DNA of 64,000 nt from an uncultured Ignavibacteria bacterium (GTDB taxonomy: Bacteria > Zixibacteria > MSB-5A5 > JAABVY01 > JAHJOQ01). The position numbers were made by a program, and so were the translations under genes. Under the pieces are notes generated by a model. The model searched no databases. It was given only the letters and a program-made list of their open reading frames with translations, and was not told the origin of the DNA. Positions within the stretch are counted from its first letter, which is position 1. The number at the start of each line of letters is the position of its first letter. Below, one piece after another: positions 18,805 to 26,918 of the stretch. The stretch spans positions 40,141 through 104,140 of the forward strand of contig CAYQCE010000005.1 of assembly GCA_964415885.1 (NCBI GenBank). Reading direction: 5' to 3'.

Positions 18805-20016
18805 TTATGATTTGTTGTCGAGATCAACCGCCTCTCTGAGTTGCTTCATGAAGTCAGGCTTGGCGGAGGTTACGCGGTTCCAGTTTGGTATCACGGGTGC
18901 GCTGCGGGGGTTGTCCCAGAAAGCCTTCGTGGCTATCTCTATGCTTCGCGCGAATGTCTCGACCGCACTCGCCTCGCCGTGCCTGTCGAACTCGAGGTTA
19001 TTCACAGCGGCATCGTGCTCGTACTGCCGGATCGTGTCCTGCGCCATCTGAAGGTAGGTCATTTCGAATGTGTGAAAGAGCCCGCGTGTAAATATCGCGC
19101 CTTCATGTGCAAGGAATCTAAGAACCGACTTTGCTATGTCAATTGACATCTTCATCAATCCCTGCGTCGGATCGCCGGGAGAAAGCTCCTGGTGCTTGTG
19201 CTCATACTTGTCAGTCAGGTCCACCTGGCAGATACGGTTCTGTACCGCATTCCTGAACACTTCGGACAGTGTACCGACCTCAAGCCCCCAGTCGCTCGGG
19301 ATTCTGTTTACTCTCGCCAGGTGAACATCCAATGAGAATTCGCCCGCGAGCGGATACCTGAAGCTGTTCAGGTAGTTGAGCAGCGGCAGATGCCCGAGTA
19401 TCTTAATGAGAGATCGAATCATCGGAGTGAAGAACAGCCGTGTAACACGTCCGTGCATTTTGTGCGTTACCCTGCTGTAATAACCCTTGCAGAACTCGTA
19501 GCCGAGATTCGGATTAGACAGCGGATAGCAGAGTCTCGCGAGCAATGCGCGGTCGTAGGTGAGTATGTCGCAATCGTGCAGCGATATAACTTCGCTTGTT
19601 GAGTTCGCTATGACATATCCGAGAGCAATCCAGACCGATCTGCCCTTGCCATCCTCGCCAATTTCGAGGCCTTCCTTCTGAAGCTGCTCGTAGAGATTGC
19701 GGATTCTTTCGCCACTCGACCAGACAATCGTGACTTTATATGGAAGCTCCGAGACTATTCGCTTTGCTTCCCGGAATTGCATTGCATTCGTTTTATTCAT
19801 AACGAGCACGTACTCGTTTACGTAGTCAACCCCTTTGAGCGTCTCCAGTATCTTCGGGAAAGCCGGGCGCTCAAATTCCGCGAATACCGCCGGGAGTACC
19901 AGTGCAAGCGGGCGCACCTTGTTGAACTCCCTGAGTTCCGCCTCGAGTCCCTTGTAGTTCTGTTCGCCAATCCGGTGCAGTGTCGTAATCGTACCGTTCT
20001 GATAAAAGTCGCTCAT
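18805..20016 (-). CDS. Glycosyltransferase, GT-A-like (second GT of the cluster)
   Basis: 403 aa; HDCD motif in a GT-A-like context; 9-nt gap to the downstream GT. Family assignment uncertain (MpgS/GT55-like is a guess). Confidence 0.55.
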   Translation of the reverse strand: MSDFYQNGTITTLHRIGEQNYKGLEAELREFNKVRPLALVLPAVFAEFERPAFPKILETLKGVDYVNEYVLVMNKTNAMQFREAKRIVSELPYKVTIVWSSGERIRNLYEQLQKEGLEIGEDGKGRSVWIALGYVIANSTSEVISLHDCDILTYDRALLARLCYPLSNPNLGYEFCKGYYSRVTHKMHGRVTRLFFTPMIRSLIKILGHLPLLNYLNSFRYPLAGEFSLDVHLARVNRIPSDWGLEVGTLSEVFRNAVQNRICQVDLTDKYEHKHQELSPGDPTQGLMKMSIDIAKSVLRFLAHEGAIFTRGLFHTFEMTYLQMAQDTIRQYEHDAAVNNLEFDRHGEASAVETFARSIEIATKAFWDNPRSAPVIPNWNRVTSAKPDFMKQLREAVDLDNKS

Positions 20017-20340
20017 CCTCAGTTCACCTCGAATTCTGGTAGAATGTCAGCCCGATATCAGTATCAATATAGTATCATCCCTCTAAAATGGCAAACAGGC
20101 GGCAGTCACGGATAGTTTCCTGTTTGATGCATTCTTTGTTCAGCCGTCATAATATCAGGAGGCAGCCTGATGTCGACCTCTTCGGAAGTACCCTCACCGC
20201 CAGAGGATTAGAGCTAACGTTTGGACCCTATGCACGGTTTCGTGAACCCCGCATCTGTACGGAGTGTTTAACGGTCGGGATCGTTCACGCGATGACGTGA
20301 TAGTGAGCGGCTCGATTTGCAGCAGGCGTGGTAACAACAT

Positions 20341-21366
20341 TTGAAACATCTTGTTTACACAAATTTGGCGATTGTCCTGACTATCATGTCTTGGACATCA
20401 GTTTCCGCCGGCGAGGCAGCTTTCATCGATCATTCGCCGACTGTCATAGATGCAGAAGAGTATGATATCTCCTTGAATACTGTTCTCTCGGGGCTCGAAC
20501 AATCGTTGATGAGTGTCGCGTCATCCGGCGATAGGATTGTTGCCATAGGCGAGGACGGACTCATGTTGAATTCGACTTCGGGGCTTGATTGGGACTCTCT
20601 TCGTCCCACCGCGCGGATGGCATTCTATGACATCTCCTGGACAGACGATCACTTCCTCGCTCTGGCGCACGACAATGTTTATCCCTGGCCGAGTTTTTTG
20701 ATTTCGCGCGAGGGGTACACGTGGATGTCGGCGTTCGATGTTCCCCCAGCCTCTGAAGGTCTCTACTCCTCTGCATTCTCAGGACAGCGATATCTTGCGG
20801 TGGGATATGGTGGACAGGTCTTCTCTTCATCGGACGCACTCTCATGGAGAATACAGGTCGAGCCATCGGCTACTCTCGATCGAAACCTGTTCAGCGTCAT
20901 ATGGGCAGATAGTGTCTTCGTCGCATCGGGAGAAATGTGGCTCAGTAGCGCAAACGAGTGGCAAGGCACTGTCGGTATGTCGCGAGACGGTACCGAGTGG
21001 ATATGGGAGGGCATCGACAGCACCTGTCTGCTGTTTGATCTGGCTTACCATCACGGTCGCCTCTACGCCGTGGGATATATCGGAAGCTGGGGTCAAAGCA
21101 GGGCGGTTATTGCATCGACTGACAGGGAAAAAATCTGGACTACTCGCGTCTTCGACAACGCCGAGTATTTCCGTGCGATCGAATCATTCGGCCGGGGCCT
21201 GATAGCCGCGGGATCGGGCGGAGCGGTTGTGGTCAGTTCAGACGGCAATTCGTGGAAGAGAATCGAGAGCGGTACTGATCAGCCGCTGAACGATATTGCG
21301 ATCGCAAACGGCTCCGTGATCATAGTCGGAAAGTCGGGCACTATTCTCCGCTCAGTGCTGCAATAA
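20341..21366 (+). CDS. Secreted BNR/Asp-box repeat beta-propeller protein (Ycf48-like)
   Basis: Signal peptide, then repeated S-x-D-x-G-x-(T/S)-W motifs (SSDALSWRI, SRDGTEWIW, SSDGNSWKRI, KSGTILRS). Confidence 0.6.
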   Translation: MKHLVYTNLAIVLTIMSWTSVSAGEAAFIDHSPTVIDAEEYDISLNTVLSGLEQSLMSVASSGDRIVAIGEDGLMLNSTSGLDWDSLRPTARMAFYDISWTDDHFLALAHDNVYPWPSFLISREGYTWMSAFDVPPASEGLYSSAFSGQRYLAVGYGGQVFSSSDALSWRIQVEPSATLDRNLFSVIWADSVFVASGEMWLSSANEWQGTVGMSRDGTEWIWEGIDSTCLLFDLAYHHGRLYAVGYIGSWGQSRAVIASTDREKIWTTRVFDNAEYFRAIESFGRGLIAAGSGGAVVVSSDGNSWKRIESGTDQPLNDIAIANGSVIIVGKSGTILRSVLQ

Positions 21367-21454
21367 CGCCTGCAATTCCACTCACAATTTTCTTTTCAAT
21401 TCACGGTTCAGTCTATACCTTGGTGAACACGTTTGACAAGCCGGAGATTTGTGC

Positions 21455-22723
21455 GTGGTTGAGTTTTTGCAAAACTGGCTCGTAGATCAGGGACTCTCGA
21501 CAGAAGTCGCGAGAATTGTGCGGTGGGTCACGCTCGGACTCGGGGTGCTCCTCCTGTCTCTGCTTGCGGACTTCATAGCGAAGCGGATTCTGTTAGCCAT
21601 CGTTGATGCGTTCATTCGCAAGACGCGGACGAGCTGGGATGACGCCCTCCGAGATCACATGGTATTCGATCGGCTCTCGCAGATCGCGCCTGCGATCGTG
21701 ATATATGTTTCAGCGGGGTTGTTTGATTCGGCACAACCGATTATCGAACGGCTGTCGATGGCATACATGGCTTTCATCGGGCTGTTCGTCTTCTTCTCAT
21801 TCCTCAATGCCGTACACGACATTTACCGAGAGTATGACATTTCGCGTCAGCGACCGATCCGCGGCTACCTGCAGATCGTAAAAGTCGTAACTGCTGTTCT
21901 CGTGTCTATAGTCGCCATAGCAGCCGTACTCGGCCGAAGCCCGCTCGTTCTGATCTCCGGGCTCGGTGCGATGACCGCGATATTGATTCTCGTGTTCAAG
22001 GACTCAATCCTCGGTTTGGTCGCATCGATTCAGTTGACATCGAACGATATGGTAAGGATCGGCGACTGGATTTCGATGCCGAAATACGGTGCGGACGGCG
22101 ATGTGATCGACATCACGCTTGCGACGGTGAAAGTCAGAAATTGGGATCGCACGATCTCGACAATCCCGGCGTATGCACTCATCTCCGATTCGTTCGTAAA
22201 CTGGCGGGGGATGCAGGAGTCGGGTGGCAGGCGGATCAAGCGCTCGATACATATCGATATGACAACCATTAAATTCTGCAACGAGGAGATGATTGGGCGA
22301 TTCAAGAAGTATCGGTATATCAAGGACTATCTGGAAGCGAAGATAGACGAAATCAACAGATACAATGTCGAAATCGACGCCGATCTCAATGAGCTTATAA
22401 ACGGCAGACGACTCACGAATATTGGCACGTTCCGTGCCTATGTCGAGGCGTATGTCAAGAACCACCCAATGGTCAACAAGGAAATGACCATGATGGTCCG
22501 ACAGCTTCAGCCCGGACCGGAGGGTCTGCCAATCGAGATTTACTGCTTCTCATTGGACAAGCGCTGGGTTTACTACGAGGGGATCCAGGCGGATATTTTC
22601 GATCATATCCTCGCCATAGTGCCGCTCTTTGACCTCCGCGTATTTCAGAAACCCACCGGGATGGATCTAAAGCCCCTGATAACTCAGTTCGGATCGGGTG
22701 AATCGCCGAATCAACCGCACTGA
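21455..22723 (+). CDS. Mechanosensitive ion channel, MscS family
   Basis: TM helices followed by the MscS beta-domain signature DWISMPKYGADGDVIDITLATVKVRNWDRTISTIPAYALISDSFVNW. Start ambiguous (TTG 21449 or GTG 21455; the GTG has better spacing to GGAG). Confidence 0.9.
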   Translation: MVEFLQNWLVDQGLSTEVARIVRWVTLGLGVLLLSLLADFIAKRILLAIVDAFIRKTRTSWDDALRDHMVFDRLSQIAPAIVIYVSAGLFDSAQPIIERLSMAYMAFIGLFVFFSFLNAVHDIYREYDISRQRPIRGYLQIVKVVTAVLVSIVAIAAVLGRSPLVLISGLGAMTAILILVFKDSILGLVASIQLTSNDMVRIGDWISMPKYGADGDVIDITLATVKVRNWDRTISTIPAYALISDSFVNWRGMQESGGRRIKRSIHIDMTTIKFCNEEMIGRFKKYRYIKDYLEAKIDEINRYNVEIDADLNELINGRRLTNIGTFRAYVEAYVKNHPMVNKEMTMMVRQLQPGPEGLPIEIYCFSLDKRWVYYEGIQADIFDHILAIVPLFDLRVFQKPTGMDLKPLITQFGSGESPNQPH

Positions 22724-22885
22724 TCGCAACTTCACAGGTTATCTCCCCGTTAAATCGATTAAATGAACCCATGCTGGGGGACTTGTTAAAAAAGAGAGGG
22801 TAGTGAAGCTCGGTCAGCTCCTTCCCGCCGCAGACGGGTGTGACCTGACAGTATAGCCGCATAAACAAAAACCGATGCGATTTTC

Positions 22886-23362
22886 ATGTCTGAGGCCACA
22901 GAAGTGGTTGCTTCCAATGACTTGCGAAGAGGGACGTTTCATGCAGATAGGACTGCCCTCTCCCGAGATTCTCTGCTATGTTGTAGGGCTTCTGAAATCG
23001 TGTGCGGAATCTGCATTTTCATCGGGTTTGCGACTCGACCTGCAGCGATCCCAATGATAACGATTATGATCGCAGCGCTTGCAGCTACGAGGCTCCCGCT
23101 CCTGTCAACCTCCAGCTTCTGGGAATTCGCCTATCCTGTGAGAATCGAATTCGCGCTTCTCATGTCGAGCATGTTTCTCCTGATTCGCGGCGGAGGTCTT
23201 TGGTCGCCGGACACTAAGATCGAGAAACGGCGTATCGAGAGAGAGATATATACGGCACAATCTCGGAGGAATCGGTGTCAGGATAGGAGTATAGCAGACA
23301 AAGAAGGCAGGCTCATGCCTGCCTTCCATTTAATTGTCGATTCGTTTTATTCTACAGGCTGA
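22886..23362 (+). CDS. Hypothetical small membrane protein, possible truncated/frameshifted DoxX-family remnant
   Basis: C-terminal segments EIVCGICIFIGFATRPAA and EFALLMSSMFLLIRGGGLWSPD resemble DoxX TM3/TM4, but the first TM helix is missing and two reading frames overlap over 22875..23057. Weak. Confidence 0.25.
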   Translation: MSEATEVVASNDLRRGTFHADRTALSRDSLLCCRASEIVCGICIFIGFATRPAAIPMITIMIAALAATRLPLLSTSSFWEFAYPVRIEFALLMSSMFLLIRGGGLWSPDTKIEKRRIEREIYTAQSRRNRCQDRSIADKEGRLMPAFHLIVDSFYSTG

Positions 23363-24104
23363 ATCCGACCACCATATACGCGACTTCCGGTGAGGGATTA
23401 ACTATGAACGATGCAAATACCGGCAGAGAGAACGTATTCGAGATCGCGATTTCTTTCGTTGCCGTTAGACCGACATTGATGATCGTGAGTTCATCCGCCG
23501 GGTACATCGCAGAGCCATAGTAGTAAGGGTTGTCTTCACTGCCGCCCGTTCCACCTGCGAAGAAGTTCAGGTCCACATCCCCGAGTTTAACCGGATAATC
23601 GAGCTGGAAATATGTGTTGTTGCCCTCTTCGTTGTGTACATTGACGAATGCCGAAAACGTAATCGGGAATTCTTCCGGGCCGGTAAATGACGCCCCGATT
23701 TCGATGAGATGCGCTCCGGGTCCGTCCTCATCGTCCGCATCATTGAAATTCGAGAGCTTGATGCCCGCATTAGGATAGTAGTAGTCGGTCACGATAGCGG
23801 ATAGCGAGTAGCCCCCTTCGAATTCGTAGGTGTAGCTCAGCCAGAAGTCAATCTCATCGATCTCCGTGGCATTGTTCGACAAGCTGTAAGCTCCCCATGC
23901 ACCGAGTTCGGCGCCGTACCAGTTGAATGCTATCGATGGCTGGACACTCGGTGCGTCTCCGACATTGAGTCCTCGCCAGATGTAACGATTGACGACGTCG
24001 GTTCCGACGCTCGCCTCGGGCATCTTGAGCTCTTCGGCCTGTGCCGCGCCAAAGGCGACCAACAGCACCATTATCCCGATAAGTGTAGATACTCGCCTTG
24101 CCAT
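23352..24104 (-). CDS. Small OM beta-barrel, TorF/Gcw_chp-like putative porin
   Basis: Signal peptide, then VVNRYIWRGLNVGDAPSVQPSIAFNWYGAELGAWGAYSL resembling the TIGR02001 family N-terminus; alternating beta-strand pattern; 250 aa. Confidence 0.5.
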   Translation of the reverse strand: MARRVSTLIGIMVLLVAFGAAQAEELKMPEASVGTDVVNRYIWRGLNVGDAPSVQPSIAFNWYGAELGAWGAYSLSNNATEIDEIDFWLSYTYEFEGGYSLSAIVTDYYYPNAGIKLSNFNDADDEDGPGAHLIEIGASFTGPEEFPITFSAFVNVHNEEGNNTYFQLDYPVKLGDVDLNFFAGGTGGSEDNPYYYGSAMYPADELTIINVGLTATKEIAISNTFSLPVFASFIVNPSPEVAYMVVGFSL

Positions 24105-24388
24105 TTGGGATCCTCCATATCCTTATGTTCACAAATTCTTGCCTTAGTACGTTGATGCAGCTTTCAAAAGAAAGCCGCGAAACTGAATCTCACTTAAATA
24201 AGTGCATGCACCGGAGTCAACCAAAACAGTTAAGCGTCCGATCATTGCAGCTTCACGGTTACCCGCGAGTTCAGTCCGGAAGGACTTGATACTTTCTTTT
24301 TACCCGACTCGGGGAACTACTTTCGTCACAAATCGCTTGTGGATAACGTATTTGGGAGGTAATATTGGGGCTGCTTTGAGAGAGGCCT

Positions 24389-24859
24389 ATGGACAAGCTG
24401 TTTCACGCTATCATATTATCGATGCTTCCGGTCGCTGAACTCCGCGGCGGGATACCGTACGCGGTCGCGCACGGATTCTCTATCCTTGTCGCATACGGCG
24501 TCTGTGTTCTCGCGAATATGCTCGTGATTCCGATCCTGTTCGTGTTTCTCGAAACCCTGCACCACCAATTCTATCGTATCAAGCTCTATCGCTGGCTCTT
24601 CGACAAATGGGTGCTGAGGACTCGGAAGAAGGCGGAAGAGAAGGTCGCGAAATGGGGATATGTCGGTGTGATGCTCTTCGTCGCAATACCGCTTCCGGTG
24701 ACCGGAGCATACACAGGCACTCTCGCGGCGTGGCTTCTTCGGCTTGAGAAACGGAAGGCGTTCCCTTATTTGGCGCTGGGTGTTGTTATAGCCGGAGTTA
24801 TCGTCAGCATCGCCACGGCAACCGGGCTCAAGGCATTCGAGATATTCATGAAGGGTTAG
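24389..24859 (+). CDS. Small membrane protein, Sm_multidrug_ex (COG2426) family
   Basis: MDKLFHAIILSMLPVAELRGGIPYAVA... carries the ELRG(G/A)IP signature of PF06695; 156 aa, 4 TM helices. Confidence 0.7.
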   Translation: MDKLFHAIILSMLPVAELRGGIPYAVAHGFSILVAYGVCVLANMLVIPILFVFLETLHHQFYRIKLYRWLFDKWVLRTRKKAEEKVAKWGYVGVMLFVAIPLPVTGAYTGTLAAWLLRLEKRKAFPYLALGVVIAGVIVSIATATGLKAFEIFMKG

Positions 24860-25290
24860 GCGGAATCTCCTACCTCCGAGACAGTCTCCACGATACGATC
24901 TCCTATCTTCCGCTCACGAAAGAACATCTTCGACAGATAGTAGACAAAATCCTCGAGAACGGCCTTGCGTCTGAAGTCATCGATCTCCGCCGCCCGTGGA
25001 TCGGCTTTGAATTCCGGGCTGCCAATTAACTCAGACAGGATGGAATCGATTGAGACATCGGTACCAATCCCTGGATTTGCAGGGAAGCTCTCAACTTGCC
25101 GGTTCATACGTGAAATGAGCGCGAAGAGGAAGTACTCCTCGGGAAGGTTGTTTTTATGAAGCTCCGACAAAGTCAATTGAACAAGCGTTAGCACATCGGT
25201 CCCAAGATACTCGCCGATGCCCTTCTTACCGTACCTCACTCCCAAAGCGAGCACATATCGAGCCGCAGTAAGTCGATCAATATCCGTCAT
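24856..25290 (-). CDS. Hypothetical protein
   Basis: 144 aa ORF with coding-like composition and no recognisable motifs. 4-nt overlap with the convergent upstream gene. Confidence 0.35.
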   Translation of the reverse strand: MTDIDRLTAARYVLALGVRYGKKGIGEYLGTDVLTLVQLTLSELHKNNLPEEYFLFALISRMNRQVESFPANPGIGTDVSIDSILSELIGSPEFKADPRAAEIDDFRRKAVLEDFVYYLSKMFFRERKIGDRIVETVSEVGDSA

Positions 25291-25349
25291 TGATGCTCCT
25301 GGATATTATGTATGAACAAACAGGCCGGGGGATAGTGGCTGTCCCACAA

Positions 25350-25500
25350 GTCCCATGCCTGGTTGCGGCAGATCGGTAAAGCCCATGTTTATCTGCGATT
25401 TACTAACGGTCAGCTCACTCTCGCCTGCGGCGAGCAGGAACTGACCAAACCGATCTACGCACTTGTGCGACTGCCTCGATACATCCACCCGGCCGTTAGA
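25350..25500. repeat. Interspersed repeat module M2 (copy 1)
   Basis: GGTTGCGGCAGATC...CGGTCAGCTCACTCTCGCCTGCGGCGAGCAGGAACTGACCAAACC...CACTTGTGCGACTGCCTC matches 51563..51720 with few substitutions. The core is an extended hairpin (GGTCAG/CTGACC and CTCGCC/GGCGAG arms). Confidence 0.65.
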
Positions 25501-25517
25501 GCAGTTGTGTGCTTGCT

Positions 25518-26747
25518 TTACGGCAGTGTGACGGTCGTCTGCACGTAAAACCAGAATGCAGGATCGGCATCCTCGCCGGCGTAGTCTTCACTCGGGAGGA
25601 ATGTCGAGGCTCCGATCTGCCACTTGAAGTGGTCGTAGAGCTGATGTGATGCGTAAGCATCCAGCTCGAACCCAATCGACTTCGTATCTTCCTGGTCGAC
25701 CATCGACGGATAGTCTACGTGCGACATGAAATAGTGCGCATCGAGATTGAACATCGGGCCGTTTCTGAGCTTAACCTGCCCCCTGGCATACAGGTCGTTC
25801 AAGCCGCTCGTCGGCTGGCTGACGAAGAAGTCCATGTGGCCGCGGAACTTGTGGCCCGTGTAGTAAAGATTGTCGAAAGTCTCGAATTTGTCATCCGTGG
25901 CATCGTCATCGCCGGATGTAATATCAGCGCCGACCGCGCATCTCATATTGTAGTCGGGGTTCAGCATGTAGCCTATTTCGAGAGTCGCAAGGTATGCCTG
26001 AATGTCGAGCGAATCGAAATAGGTTGTCCCGAACTGGTAGGCGAGGTTGGAGTGATAATCGAAAGCGTCAAACTTGCCCTCGCGATACAAACCCGCCGTG
26101 AACCGGCTGAGTCTCAGATCATCGTTACTGTTCCGGAGACCGTCACGATCCCAAACAAAGAAGAGATCGATAGCCGGATCCTCAATCTCCGCATATACGC
26201 CACCGAACATGAAATCATCATTGTCCATCGTATAACGTTCATCGATCGTAAACAGGAACCCGTGGATGTCGACTTTGTCTCGGTTGAAGCCTGCAAGAGC
26301 GCCGTCGAAGGTTCGCCCTACGTTCGACCAGCCGACTGCACCGAAGAGTCTCTGGTTGCCCCGAACAAACTCGAATCTGCCGAATTTGGCGTATACATCT
26401 TTTACATATGGATTCTTGATCCACCCGTACGCCTGATGCAACCCGAGATTCTCATCCTCGCCGAGCCCTCCGGATGACAGACCCATCTCTCCGAACTGCC
26501 GTGAATCCTGAATCTGAATGAATGCTCCGACATTTTCTTCGGCCTTGAACGCAAGGCTCAAGCGGGTTCTAAGCAGACTGAAGCTGAATGATCCAGTATC
26601 TGAGTTGAAATCCGTCTCATTGACTTCGGCGCGTCCGCGGACTTCGGCATTGACGCTGATCTTGTCGCTCCATCCCTCACCGGCCGTGAGACTTGCAGGT
26701 GCGACGAGAATAGAGACAAGTAGAATAACTGTAACAACTGTTTTCAT
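25518..26747 (-). CDS. OM beta-barrel protein, alginate-export (AlgE)-like family
   Basis: Signal peptide MKTVVTVILLVSILVAPASLTA; long beta-rich aromatic-punctuated sequence ending in a hydrophobic/aromatic tail; similar in layout to Alginate_exp-family porins. Confidence 0.5.
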   Translation of the reverse strand: MKTVVTVILLVSILVAPASLTAGEGWSDKISVNAEVRGRAEVNETDFNSDTGSFSFSLLRTRLSLAFKAEENVGAFIQIQDSRQFGEMGLSSGGLGEDENLGLHQAYGWIKNPYVKDVYAKFGRFEFVRGNQRLFGAVGWSNVGRTFDGALAGFNRDKVDIHGFLFTIDERYTMDNDDFMFGGVYAEIEDPAIDLFFVWDRDGLRNSNDDLRLSRFTAGLYREGKFDAFDYHSNLAYQFGTTYFDSLDIQAYLATLEIGYMLNPDYNMRCAVGADITSGDDDATDDKFETFDNLYYTGHKFRGHMDFFVSQPTSGLNDLYARGQVKLRNGPMFNLDAHYFMSHVDYPSMVDQEDTKSIGFELDAYASHQLYDHFKWQIGASTFLPSEDYAGEDADPAFWFYVQTTVTLP

Positions 26748-26918
26748 AGAACCTCCATGTGAGTCTGTTCCCAGTTTCTGGCGTTTGAACGAGATAACGT
26801 CGGGTGTTGTCTATATGTTTCGTTCAAAATCGATTGGCCTGTCGAATATTACGATTGTTCAGGCTGACTCGAAGAATCGATCTCCCATGATATCCGGCCG
26901 AGACGAATTTCTTCGAAT

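Noticed and set aside
25719-26477. 252-aa plus-strand ORF
   Set aside because: Antisense to the alginate-export-like OM barrel gene; no motifs.
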